Of a stretch of 64,000 bases of DNA, positions 11,684 through 21,584 are shown in pieces. Positions within the stretch are counted from its first letter, which is position 1, and each line of letters begins with the position of its first letter. A model generated the notes under the pieces. It saw nothing but the letters and a program-made list of their open reading frames with translations. It did not search any database and had not been told where the DNA came from. Made by a program: the position numbers and the translations under genes. Origin of the DNA: an uncultured Gemmataceae bacterium (GTDB taxonomy: Bacteria; Planctomycetota; Planctomycetia; Gemmatales; Gemmataceae); assembly GCA_963750165.1 (NCBI GenBank), contig CAVVPN010000003.1:448001-512000 (forward strand), read 5' to 3'.

Positions 11684-11862
11684 GCGTCATCCTCCGCCGC
11701 CGCCCGCGCCGCGGCCGCCGCGGCCCCGGCTGGTCGTCGTGACCTCAATGCCGTCATCATAGGGCGTCGCCGTCGGGCGTGCCACACCTGCTTGCTCCCG
11801 ACAGGACCGGTCATTACACTTGGTTGAAGTTCAGGGACCGATTCTCGGAAAAGGAACCTCCA

Positions 11863-13795
11863 ATGCGTCGATCTGTCCGCTTTTTCGTACTCCTCGCCCT
11901 GTTCGGGATCTTCATGAGCGGCGGCCTCGTGACGGCCGGCGACCCGCCGCGGCTGCCGCGCGACAACCTGCTCGTCTACCGCGGCCCGGACGGCAAACCC
12001 GCCCCCGTGAAAAGCGTCGCGGACTGGGCGAAGCGTCGGGCCGAGGTGGTCCGCGGCATGGCGGCAGTGATGGGCAAACTGCCCGGCGCCGACAAGCGCT
12101 GCCCGCTCGACCTGAAGGTACTACGCGGAGGTCGAGGACGGCCCGGTCGTGCGCCGGCTCATCACCTACGCCGCGGAGCCCGGCGGCCGGGTGCCGGCGT
12201 ACCTGCTCATTCCCAGGGACGTGCTCGCCGGCAAGAAAAAGGCGGCGGCCATCCTCTGCCTGCACGGCACGGACAACGTGGTCGGGCACGGGACCGTGGT
12301 CGGCCTCGGCAAGAACGCGAACCGAGCCTACGCCCTGGAGCTGGCCAAACGCGGCTACGTCACGCTGGCCCCGAATTATCCGCTGCTGGCGAAGTATCAG
12401 CCGGACCTGAAAAGGCTCGGCTGGGAGAGCGGGACGTTGAAGGCCGTGTGGGACAACCTGCGCGGCCTTGACCTGCTGGCGGCGCTGCCGTTCGTGGACG
12501 CTGCGAAGGGGTTTGGGGCCATCGGCCATTCGCTCGGCGGCCACAATGCCGTTTACACCGCCGTGTTCGACGACCGCATCAAGGCTGTCGTGTCGAGTTG
12601 CGGGCTGGACTCGTACCTCGACTACTTCAACGGCGACCAGAAGAACTGGGATCCGGAGCGTGGCTGGTGCCAGACGCGCTACATGCGCAAGCTCGCCGAC
12701 TACAAGGGCCGGCTCGCGGACATCCCCTTCGACTTCCACGAGATGATCGGCGCCCTGGCACCGCGGCACGTGTTCCTCATCGCCCCGAAAAAGGACTCCA
12801 ACTTTCGCGCCGATAGTGTGGACCGCATCGCCGCCGCCGCCCGGCCGATCTTCAAGCTATACGGCCATGAGGACCGGCTACGCATCGAGCACCCCGACGG
12901 CGGCCACGATTTCCCGCCGGAGATGCGTGACGCAGCGTATCGGTTGTTCGACGCGGTGCTCAAGGGCGACGGCCCGCGACGGAAAAAGGCGTTGATCATC
13001 GGCATCGACGGTTGCCGGCCGGACGCCCTGCTCGTGGCGAAGGCGCCGCAGCTGCACGGCCTCATCAAGCAGGGCGCCTTCAGTGACAAGGCGCAGACCG
13101 GCGACATGACGGCCAGCGGCAGCGGTTGGGGCAGTCTGTTGACCGGCGTCTGGCGTGAGAAACACGGCGTCCGCGGCAACGACTTCAAGCTCGCCAATTT
13201 CGGCGAGTTTCCTGACCTGCTCACGCGCATCAAGAAGGCCCGGCCCGTCAGCTTCGTCGCCTCGGTCGTCCACTGGGACCCCATTCAAAAACTCATCATC
13301 AAGAAGGCGGACGTGAACGCCGCTTACAAGACGGACGCCCAGGTCGCCACGGCCGCCTGCAAGCTGCTGGGCGAGAACAAGCTGGATCTGCTGTTCATTC
13401 ACTTCGATGATGTCGATGGCGCGGGCCACAAGTACGGTTTCGACCCCATGCAGCCCAGATATCTCGCGGCGATTGCGCAGACCGATGATTACGTGGGAGC
13501 GCTGTTACACGCGCTGGCACAGCGGCCGTCCTACGCACAGGAAGACTGGCTCATCGTGGTCAGCACCGATCACGGCGGGTCGGGAAAGGGGCACGGGCTG
13601 AACATCCCCGCGCACCGGACCATCTTTCTGATCGTGAGCGGACCGTCGGCTGCCCGGGGAACCATCGAGCCGGTGCCGGGCATCGTGGACGTGGCCCCGA
13701 CGGTCTTGCAGCACCTGGGGGTGAGCATCGATGCCCGGTGGCGCCTCGACGGCAAGGCCGTCGGCCTCAAGGCGGTCGCCCAGCGCGCTCCGTGA
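11863..13795 (+). CDS. Secreted alpha/beta hydrolase fused to an alkaline-phosphatase-superfamily (phosphodiesterase/nucleotide pyrophosphatase) domain (frameshift near 12125)
   Basis: Signal peptide; GHSLGG nucleophile elbow and 'GGHDF'; second domain 'IGIDGCRPD', 'DDVDGAGH', 'STDHGG'. Confidence 0.8.
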
Positions 13796-13852
13796 GGCGG
13801 CCGGCTGGAAATAACTTGAATCCGCGCCGGGCCTGGCGCAATGGCCAACCGG

Positions 13853-14189
13853 TTAGGCGTCCGTCAGCGAAACCACGAGACGCTTGCCCACGGCCTCGGC
13901 GTAGCGCACCAGCGTCTCCACGGTGGGGTTGGCGCTGGCCGGTTTCGAGCTTCGAGAGCGCTGAGCGGTCCATGCCGGTCAGGTCCGTCAAGTCGGCCAG
14001 GCTCAGCCCTTTCGCTTCGCGCGCGGCCTTCAGCTGCTGGAGCAGTTCTTGCAACTGGTCCAGGGTGGCCATGCGTTCCTGGTGGCGGGCGACCAGGTCG
14101 GGCAATTCCTCGGCGACCTGCTCTCGGATCGCTTGATACTTGGCGGCTTCTTCAGGTGTTAACTGTCGGTTGCGGGTAATGCGTTTCAT
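13853..14189 (-). CDS. XRE-family helix-turn-helix protein (frameshift near 13935)
   Basis: 'LKAAREAKGLSLADLTDLTGMDRSALSKLETGQR' continuing in another frame as 'NPTVETLVRYAEAVGKRL'. Confidence 0.8.
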
Positions 14190-14827
14190 GGTGCTTGCCT
14201 CCTTACCACCCGTCCCTCGATCCGCAGCCGCCCCGCCGCGAAGAGCCGCACCGCCTCCGGATACGCCTCGCACTCCTGCGCGAACACCCGCGCCGCCAGC
14301 GTCTCCGGCGTGTCCTCGTCGCGCACCTCGACCGCCCGCTGCAAAATGATCGGCCCGTGGTCGTACTCGTTGTCGGCGAAGTGGACGGTGCAGCCGCTGA
14401 TTTTCGCGCCGTACGCCAGCACCGCTTCGTGGACGTGGTGGCCGTAATAGCCCTTGCCGCAGAACGCCGGGATCAGCGCCGGATGCACATTCATGACCCG
14501 GCCCAGAAAATCCGCCGGCACCTCAATCAGTTGCAGGAACCCCGCCAGACACACCAGCTCCGCCCGCGCTTGCCGGCAGGCGTCGAACAGTTTCGCGCTG
14601 AACTCCGCCCGCGACGCACACGCCTTGCGCTCGACCACCACCGTCGGCACGCCCGCCCGCCGCGCCCGCTCCAGCCCCTGGGCGTCCGCCTTGCTGCTGC
14701 CCACGATCACCACTTCAGCGCGCAGCCGGCCGTCGCGGATGCGGTCGAGGAAGTTTTGCAGCGTCGTGCCGCCGCCGCTCAGCAGCACGCCCAGCCGGAT
14801 TGGCGGCCTGTCCTCGTTCATGCTCAT
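14186..14827 (-). CDS. purN: Phosphoribosylglycinamide formyltransferase
   Basis: 'VLLSGGGTTLQ', 'LAGF', 'NVHPALIPAF', 'SGCTVHF', 'DHGPII'. Confidence 0.95.
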   Translation of the reverse strand: MSMNEDRPPIRLGVLLSGGGTTLQNFLDRIRDGRLRAEVVIVGSSKADAQGLERARRAGVPTVVVERKACASRAEFSAKLFDACRQARAELVCLAGFLQLIEVPADFLGRVMNVHPALIPAFCGKGYYGHHVHEAVLAYGAKISGCTVHFADNEYDHGPIILQRAVEVRDEDTPETLAARVFAQECEAYPEAVRLFAAGRLRIEGRVVRRQAP

Positions 14828-16116
14828 TTGACGTGGAAAATGCGCACCGCGTTCTCGCGCAGCAGCAGCCGGGCCACGTCCAGCGCCTGCGCCTCGGTGT
14901 AGACCTTGCGCCGCACGTAATCGTCCGCCAGCACCTCCGCCAGAATGCGGCGGTACATGTTGTACTTGGGCAGGATGAACTCCAGCTTGTAGGCGTCGCT
15001 GTAGTAGCCGAGCTGCTTGGTTTTCGGCACCGCGTGCAGGCGGGCGCGCAGATCCTGCTCGACGTAGGCCGGCACGTTCGAGTACCACCAGTGGCCGCTG
15101 GTGACCACGTTCGGGAAGATCCAGCTGTAGCTGACCAGCTCCTGATTCTGGCCGCTCGATAGCACCGAGACGCAGAACGTCACGTTCGGGAAGTCGTTGA
15201 ACAACTCGGCGTACTGGATCAGCGACGTGCGCTGGTCAAACAGGTCCTGACCCTGGTGGACGCCCTCGCGGAAGACGCGGCGGTTGACGCCGATCATCAG
15301 GTCGAACGGCAGCTTGTACGCCCGGCAGAACTCCGCGAGCATCCAGAAGACGCCGAGGCCGCAGGTGCGCAGGTCAGCCGGGTCGTGTGTCTTCTCGGAG
15401 GTGCTCTGCCGCAGCCGGCCGAGGCTGGCGGACACGTCGGCCAGAGCGACCGGTCGCGGCGAAAAGTCCGGCGGCAGCGAGATGGCGCACGCCTTGGCCC
15501 CGTGCCGCGTGAAATGATCGAACAGCACCGTCAGCGCCTGCCGCAGCCCCGCGGCGTCGCCGACCTCCACGTTGGTCGCCTTCGCCAGACGCTGCCGCAC
15601 TTCCGGCCGGTGCAGGTGGAACACCAGATCGTCGGTGCGCAGGCACGGCACATACTTGCCGGTATCGAAGCCCTTGAGCGGGTCGTCGAAGTCGTTGGTC
15701 AAAAACACCTTCTCGACGTTGGAGCGGCGCAGCACCTGCTCGGCCCAGTCCGGCTGCGCCATGACGCGCTCGGCGCTGCTGATCAGGGCGTCGGCGTCCT
15801 TCGCGGTGAGGCGGTCGCCGCGGAAGTTCAGGAAAGTGCGAGCGATTTCGAGGAACCAGCTGTACTGGGCGGTGTTGTCAAAGCGGTTCATGTGGGCGAG
15901 GATGCTGCGGACGCGCTGCCGCGGCTCGACGTTCGCAGCCAGCGGCCCCCTGTCCATGCCGGCAGAGTGGGCCAGTTCGGTGTAGTAGTGGTAGCCCAGG
16001 ATGTCGTCGAGCGTGCGCGACGCCGGCCGGTGGGGGTCGATGTGCGAGTGTGGGTCGATCAGCGGGATGTCGCAGATGGCGGCGTACAGATCCTGTATGA
16101 GCTGGTCGTCAGCCAT
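14824..16116 (-). CDS. uxaC: Glucuronate (uronate) isomerase-like amidohydrolase
   Basis: 'IDPHSHIDP' metal motif, 'GHWWY', 'YSDAYKLE'. Confidence 0.75.
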   Translation of the reverse strand: MADDQLIQDLYAAICDIPLIDPHSHIDPHRPASRTLDDILGYHYYTELAHSAGMDRGPLAANVEPRQRVRSILAHMNRFDNTAQYSWFLEIARTFLNFRGDRLTAKDADALISSAERVMAQPDWAEQVLRRSNVEKVFLTNDFDDPLKGFDTGKYVPCLRTDDLVFHLHRPEVRQRLAKATNVEVGDAAGLRQALTVLFDHFTRHGAKACAISLPPDFSPRPVALADVSASLGRLRQSTSEKTHDPADLRTCGLGVFWMLAEFCRAYKLPFDLMIGVNRRVFREGVHQGQDLFDQRTSLIQYAELFNDFPNVTFCVSVLSSGQNQELVSYSWIFPNVVTSGHWWYSNVPAYVEQDLRARLHAVPKTKQLGYYSDAYKLEFILPKYNMYRRILAEVLADDYVRRKVYTEAQALDVARLLLRENAVRIFHVK

Positions 16117-16566
16117 GGTGAACTCGTCGCGTTTGCGATCTTGCCCTCGTTGCTGGAAAAGCCCTTCTTTTACTATATCAGGACGGCGGTCGGAAGCACT
16201 TTTTACAAGTTTTGTTGAAGTTTACAAAGGCGCCGCCGCCGCCGCCACCAGGACGGCCGTCGGCGCTGACACGATCGGCCCTTTCTTTTTTTCTGCAATC
16301 GCCCGAGAGGTAACCGGTTACGGAAGCGTCGAGGCGGTGGGTCCGCGACAACGGCATCGTAGTTGCCAACCTGTTCGATGTCACCGCGGACGGCGGCTGC
16401 ATCTCCCCAGCAGTCCCGTCCCGAGAGCGATACACGGTTGTCCCCCGGTTGGCCGTCGCCTCGGCCAGCCTTTAGAACCGTGGCCCCCGTTGTCCCCAAA
16501 TGATGGAGCGACCTGACCAGCCGCACCCCGTCAGTGGGCCACCCTCCGTCCCCCCGGAGGGTGGCC

Positions 16567-16857
16567 TCATTTCGTTTTTCCCGCTATGGCGTAGGCGGCT
16601 TCATGGGGCAGCAGTTCGAAAATCCCCATGATCGACCTGGCGAGTTCCCGAGCCTTGATCAGGGCTATCCGGCACTCTCCTCCCATGGCGCACCTCCTCG
16701 AAGAAAACGGGGGCGTCCGTTCTCCCGCGCCGGATGAATATTCGCCCTTGAGCAGTTTGCTCCAGCCTCCCGATTTTTTTGCGGCGTGCCGGCTGATCCA
16801 GAGCACGCCCAGCATCAACCCCAGCAACACCAGACTGCCCCACGGAAATGCGTTCAT
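16567..16857 (-). CDS. Small hypothetical membrane protein
   Basis: ORF from MNAFPWGSLVLLGLMLGVLW with one TM segment; atypical composition. Confidence 0.3.
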   Translation of the reverse strand: MNAFPWGSLVLLGLMLGVLWISRHAAKKSGGWSKLLKGEYSSGAGERTPPFSSRRCAMGGECRIALIKARELARSIMGIFELLPHEAAYAIAGKTK

Positions 16858-16925
16858 GAAAATGGCCCGTATGGACACGGGCCGAGAATTGGCGCATTGC
16901 CTTAACCCATGCGCTGCAATCGCAT

Positions 16926-17050
16926 TAGAGCGGTTCACAGCCGCGTGGATCACGCCCCGTAGGACGGCTCTCCAGAGCCGTCTCCGAGACAAGGACGGCT
17001 CTGGAGAGCCGTCCCACAGGCTGTGCGCAAACCAAGTGTGAACCGCTCTA
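16926..17050. mobile_element. MITE-like element with 14-bp terminal inverted repeats, containing a REP doublet
   Basis: TAGAGCGGTTCACA (16926-16939) / TGTGAACCGCTCTA (17037-17050); internal GTAGGACGGCTCTCCAGAGCCGTC ... GACGGCTCTGGAGAGCCGTCCCAC. Confidence 0.65.
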
Positions 17051-17172
17051 GGCAATTGAACGCCGGTCGGCGGGGTCATCGGCAGCGGCCGCGGGGTGGT
17101 CCACGTCCAGTTCGCTGCCGACCGGCGGCCGTTGTGCTGGGCGCCTGAAACCCATCTCGGTCGTCCCGCCAA

Positions 17173-18084
17173 TCACGCCAGCAGCCAGCGCAGCAGCGCC
17201 TTCTGCGCGTGCAGCCGGTTGCCGGCCTGCTGGAAGACAATACTGCGGTCGCCATCGATCACCTCGCCGGTGACCTCTTCGCCGCGGTGCGCCGGCAGAC
17301 AATGCATCACCCGTGCGTGCGGCGGCGCCAGCGCCAGCAACTCCGCGTTCACCTGATACTGCTGGAACTCGCGCAGTCGCCGCTCGCGCTCCGCTTCCTG
17401 GCCCATGCTCGTCCACACGTCCGTGTAGATCACGTCCGCGGCGCCGACCGCGTGCCGGGGGTCGCCGTTCTCGATCAACTCGCCCCTGGGCACATGGCGG
17501 TGGTACATCTCCAGGAAGGGCGCGTCAAAATGGTAGCCGTCCGGCGCCGCCAGAATGAAGCGCATCCCCAGTTTGCCGCAGCAGACTGCCACGGAGCGGG
17601 CCACGTTATTGCCGTCGCCCACGAACACCAGCGTCCGGCCAACCACCGAGCCGAACACCTCGTGCACCGTGTACAGGTCCGCCAGCGCCTGGCAGGGGTG
17701 CGCGTAGTCCGACAGGCCGTTGATGACGGGGCAGCAGGCATGCTGCGCGAACTGCTCGACCGTGGCGTGCTGGAAGGTGCGCAGCACCACCGCATCGACG
17801 TATTCGCCGAGGGTGCGGGCCACATCCGCGACGCTCTCGCGCGCCCCGAGGCCCACCTCGCCGCCGGACAGGAAAATGCTGGAGCCGCCCAGCTGAGCGA
17901 TGGCGGACTGGAAACTGACGCGCGTCCGCAGCGACGGTTTCTCGAAGATCATCCCGAGCACGCGACCCTGCAAGACCGGCGTCACCTCGCGCCGCCGCTG
18001 GGCCTCCTTCAGCCGCTGCGTTTCGCGCAGCAGCAGGCCAATCTCTTCGCCGTCCACCTCAAGCAAGTCAAGGAAGTGACGCAT
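17173..18084 (-). CDS. argF: Ornithine carbamoyltransferase
   Basis: 'FEKPSLRTRVSF', 'HPCQALAD', 'TDVWTSMGQE', 'MHCLPAHRG'. Confidence 0.97.
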   Translation of the reverse strand: MRHFLDLLEVDGEEIGLLLRETQRLKEAQRRREVTPVLQGRVLGMIFEKPSLRTRVSFQSAIAQLGGSSIFLSGGEVGLGARESVADVARTLGEYVDAVVLRTFQHATVEQFAQHACCPVINGLSDYAHPCQALADLYTVHEVFGSVVGRTLVFVGDGNNVARSVAVCCGKLGMRFILAAPDGYHFDAPFLEMYHRHVPRGELIENGDPRHAVGAADVIYTDVWTSMGQEAERERRLREFQQYQVNAELLALAPPHARVMHCLPAHRGEEVTGEVIDGDRSIVFQQAGNRLHAQKALLRWLLA

Positions 18085-18100
18085 GGTGCGTGGTCCGTGA

Positions 18101-18223
18101 CCAGAGGTCAGAAGTCAGAGGTCAGAAGTCACAGGTCAGAGGTCAGCGTTGGTATTTCTGCCGCTTGCGGCTTAGCGCTGACTTCTGACCTCTGACCTCT
18201 GACTTCTGACCTCTGACTTCTGG
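18101..18223. repeat. Inverted pair of tandem heptamer arrays (GTCAGAR / YTCTGAC)
   Basis: About 6-7 units on each arm (18101-18148, 18176-18223) between argD and argF. Confidence 0.85.
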
Positions 18224-18230
18224 GATCTGG

Positions 18231-19430
18231 TTACGTCTTGGAAGTCAACACCTCATCAAGAATGTCGCAGCCCTGGTGCAACTGCTCGTCCGTGAGGGTC
18301 AGGGCCGGCAGCAAGCGCAGCACCGTCCCGTGCGTGCAGTTGACGAGCAGCTGGCGGCGCAGACACCGCTCCACAAACGGCGTGCCCTCGACCGCCAGCT
18401 CCACCCCGATCATCGCGCCTTTGATGCGGATGTCGGTGATGAGCGGGCACCGGGCCCGCAGTGCCTCGAAGCGCTGACGGAACGCCGTGCCGATCTGCTC
18501 CGCCCGGGCCAGCAGGCCCTCCGCCTCGATCGTTTCAATGGTCGCCAGGGCCGCCCGGCAGGCAATCGGATTGCCGCCGAACGTCGCCGCGTGCGTGCCC
18601 GGCTTCAGATACTCCGCGACCTGCGGCCGCGCCACCAGGCCGCCGCAGGCGATGCCGCCCGCCACCGCCTTGGCCAGCGTCATCACGTCCGGCAGCACGC
18701 CCCAGTGCTGGTGCGCGTACCACCGGCCCGTGCGGCCCATGCCGCTCTGCACCTCGTCAAACATCAACAAAAGCTTATGTTGGTCCGCCAACTCCCGCAA
18801 ACCTTCCAGGTAGCCCCGCGGCGGCAGATGGATGCCGCCCTCGCCCTGGATCGGCTCCAGCAGAATGGCGCAGGTCTCGTCGTCGATCAGTTGCGTCGCC
18901 GCGTCCAGATCGCCGTAGGGGGCGTAGCTGAAGCCGGCCAGCAGCGGCTCCAGGCCCTGATGGTACTTCGGCTGGCCGGTGGCACTGAGTGCCCCGAGAG
19001 TGCGGCCGTGGAAGCTGTTCAACATGGAAATGATCTTGTAGCGACCCGGCTTGCCGTACAGCCGCGCCAGCTTGATCGCCGCCTCGACCGCCTCGGTGCC
19101 GCTGTTGCAGAAGAAGCAGCGGCCGTCGAAATCGGTGCGTTCGCTCAGCGCCTGCGCCAGCCGGCCCTGCGCCTCGGTGTACCAGGTGTTCGGCACGTGG
19201 ATCAGCTCGGCCACCTGCTCACGCACCGCCTCGACCACGCGCGGCGGACAGTGGCCCAGCAGGTCGCAGCCCCAGCCGGGGAAGAAGTCAAGGTAGCGCT
19301 TGCCCTCGGCGTCCCAGACCCAGGAACCTTCGCCGTGCGTCAGCGCCACCGGGTAGCGCGTGTAGTTGCCGATGACGTACCGCTTGAAAAGGTCGATGAT
19401 CTCGGCGGAAGTAGTCGTTTTCGTGCTCAT
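18231..19430 (-). CDS. argD: Acetylornithine aminotransferase
   Basis: 'NSGTEAVEAAIK', 'SFHGRT', 'EPIQGEGG', 'DEVQSGMGRTG', 'TLAK'; lies between argB and argF. Confidence 0.95.
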   Translation of the reverse strand: MSTKTTTSAEIIDLFKRYVIGNYTRYPVALTHGEGSWVWDAEGKRYLDFFPGWGCDLLGHCPPRVVEAVREQVAELIHVPNTWYTEAQGRLAQALSERTDFDGRCFFCNSGTEAVEAAIKLARLYGKPGRYKIISMLNSFHGRTLGALSATGQPKYHQGLEPLLAGFSYAPYGDLDAATQLIDDETCAILLEPIQGEGGIHLPPRGYLEGLRELADQHKLLLMFDEVQSGMGRTGRWYAHQHWGVLPDVMTLAKAVAGGIACGGLVARPQVAEYLKPGTHAATFGGNPIACRAALATIETIEAEGLLARAEQIGTAFRQRFEALRARCPLITDIRIKGAMIGVELAVEGTPFVERCLRRQLLVNCTHGTVLRLLPALTLTDEQLHQGCDILDEVLTSKT

Positions 19431-19446
19431 GGTTCAGTTCCGGAAA

Positions 19447-19503
19447 GATGAAGGATGAAGGATGAATGGAAGCCATTCATCCTTCATCCTTCATCCTTCA
19501 TCC
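19447..19503. repeat. Inverted tandem heptamer array (GGATGAA / TTCATCC)
   Basis: GATGAAGGATGAAGGATGAA ... TTCATCCTTCATCCTTCATCCTTCATCC. Confidence 0.85.
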
Positions 19504-20382
19504 TTTTTGAAGGACGATCTCGGTGCCGACGCCGCGGTCGGTGTAGATTTCGAGCAGCAGCGAGTGGCGCACGCGGCCGTCGATGATGTGCGTCTTGCGG
19601 ACGCCGCCGCGCAGGCTGTCCAGGCACGCCTCCACCTTGGGGATCATGCCTTCGTCGATGACCCGGCGGGCGATCAGGTCCTGACACTCCGCGGCGTCGA
19701 GACCGCGGACCAGCGAGTCGGGGTCGCGGCGGTCGCGCAGGATGCCGGGCGTGTCGGTGAGCAGCACGAGCTTTTCGGCGCCGAGGTGGGTGGCGACCGC
19801 GGCGGCAGCGGTGTCGGCGTTGACGTTCAGCCAGCCGCCGGCCTCGTCCTGGGCCACGGACGCGATCACCGGCACCACACCGGCAGCGCAGAAGTCGCGG
19901 AGCAGGTCCGTCTCGACGCGCGTGACGCCGCCGACCCGGCCAAGGTCGATCGGCTCGCCGCCAGGGTTGGGCAGCGTCAGGCGTTCGCCGTGCAGGTACT
20001 GGAAGGAGCCGAGGTGGGCGCCGACAGCGCGGCCGCCGAGTTGACGAATCTGGGCCTCGATGGCAGCGTTGGTTTCCTTGAGCAGCACGCGAACCACGAT
20101 GTCGAGCGTGGCGTCGTCGGTGTAGCGCCGGCCCTGGACCTTGCGCGGTTGCAGACCGGCGTCAGCCATGGCGCGGTCGATGGCCTTGCCGCCGCCATGC
20201 ACCAGGATCGGCCGCATGCCAACCGTTTCCATGAAGACGACATCTTGCAGTGTGGCGCGCAGCGCTTCGGGCTCTTCCATGGCGCTGCCGCCGAGTTTGA
20301 TCACCGTCAGCCGATCGCGGAAGTTGCGAATGTAGCTGAGCGCTTCGATCAGGGTTTCCGCTTTGCGGATGGCGTTGTCCAT
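19498..20382 (-). CDS. argB: Acetylglutamate kinase
   Basis: 'VIKLGGSAM', 'VHGGGK', 'NVNAD', 'GMIPKV', 'HIIDGR'. Confidence 0.97.
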   Translation of the reverse strand: MDNAIRKAETLIEALSYIRNFRDRLTVIKLGGSAMEEPEALRATLQDVVFMETVGMRPILVHGGGKAIDRAMADAGLQPRKVQGRRYTDDATLDIVVRVLLKETNAAIEAQIRQLGGRAVGAHLGSFQYLHGERLTLPNPGGEPIDLGRVGGVTRVETDLLRDFCAAGVVPVIASVAQDEAGGWLNVNADTAAAAVATHLGAEKLVLLTDTPGILRDRRDPDSLVRGLDAAECQDLIARRVIDEGMIPKVEACLDSLRGGVRKTHIIDGRVRHSLLLEIYTDRGVGTEIVLQKG

Positions 20383-20588
20383 GAGCCCACGTCGCGGGAG
20401 GGCATGCGGCCTGGGCGGCCGTGGATTAAAAGATTGATTGTAGATGGTGCCACGTCGCTGTCAATCTTCCAGTCGTTTTTTCACGCGCTTGCTTGTCGCC
20501 GCGTGCGGCCCCTGGTACGCTGGCGGAAGATCGTGCCCCGCGCTTGCGCGTCGGGCAGCCTGGATCTGCAGAAGAAAGGTGGTGAACC

Positions 20589-20969
20589 GTGGACTGGTGG
20601 TTCTGGCCTGTTGTCGCTTTCTTGATCGGCATGCTGTTCACCGCTGTGCTGAACGTCGTCCTTGTTTCCCTCAAGCGAAAATCCTTGATCCGCAAGAGCC
20701 TGCACGCCCAACTGTTACTCGGGTTACTTACCGACTTCAAACCAGAACTCCGGGAGCAACTCGACCTGGATCCACCCCCAGATGACGTTGACGCCACGTT
20801 TGCTCGGGAAGCACCGGACGACGAGCCGCGCTTAATCGTGACGGTGCGTCGCGGTGATGCCACCCAGAAAGCGGCTGCGGTGGTCAGTAAGGGGGAGCTG
20901 GAAACTCTCTCAAACCTCATTCTTGGATTGGGTGACAAGCGGCCGAAACAGGAGACCACCCGTGTCTGA
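20589..20969 (+). CDS. Hypothetical membrane-anchored protein
   Basis: N-terminal TM helix; RBS-like AAAGGTGGTG upstream; lower GC. Confidence 0.55.
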   Translation: MDWWFWPVVAFLIGMLFTAVLNVVLVSLKRKSLIRKSLHAQLLLGLLTDFKPELREQLDLDPPPDDVDATFAREAPDDEPRLIVTVRRGDATQKAAAVVSKGELETLSNLILGLGDKRPKQETTRV

Positions 20970-21426
20970 CCCCGACCTCGCCCCGGGGGCCTCTGGGCCG
21001 CAACAGACTCCGCGAAGATCTCGCTCCCCTGCCCAGTCGAAGTCGCGAACGCCCTCCGCCTTACCTACGCGGGACGAAACCGGCGCCGGGGCGGGGGTGG
21101 CTGGCCTCAGTATCGGATCCTTGATCGCCGTGGTCGCGAGTGCGTTGCCGGAAGGCGTATAGAAGTCCGTGTTGATCTGGTTCGCCCCGGCGTCCACGAT
21201 GGCGTTCTGGACCGCCTGGAATTGGGCGGCGCAGCGGTTGCGAATTTACCTGGAAGCCAGGGCCATTGAAACAGCCTTTCGGAAGGCCAAAGCGGCCATC
21301 GAAGATGCTCTGAAAGCTCCGCTCACCCCGGCGCAGCACGCCCTGTTCACCCAACGGCTCGCTGACCTGCACCGGGACATTACCGAGTTTCGTCTATCGC
21401 GGCTTTCGTCGCACATCAAGAAATGA
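20962..21426 (+). pseudogene. Hypothetical membrane protein interrupted by an in-frame TAG at 21160
   Basis: ORFs 20854-21162 and 21169-21426 are in the same frame; the hydrophobic segment continues across the stop. Confidence 0.4.
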
Positions 21427-21584
21427 AACGGCGGAGTTTTTGTGCAGGATGTGGGCGGAAAAGCATCAACCAGCGCCGTCGCCCCAGCGTAGAATGCTCG
21501 GCGGATCGAGAATCACAGTTATCGGCAAACGGGAAGAGCGGTTTCTGGTACACGTCCTTCGGAGCGTTCAGCGGAGGTCCACGT

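Noticed and set aside
16203..16526. 107-aa ORF upstream of uxaC
   Set aside because: No RBS, no motif and atypical codon usage.
18101..18223. Possible CRISPR array
   Set aside because: 7-bp tandem units without unique spacers; no cas genes in the window.
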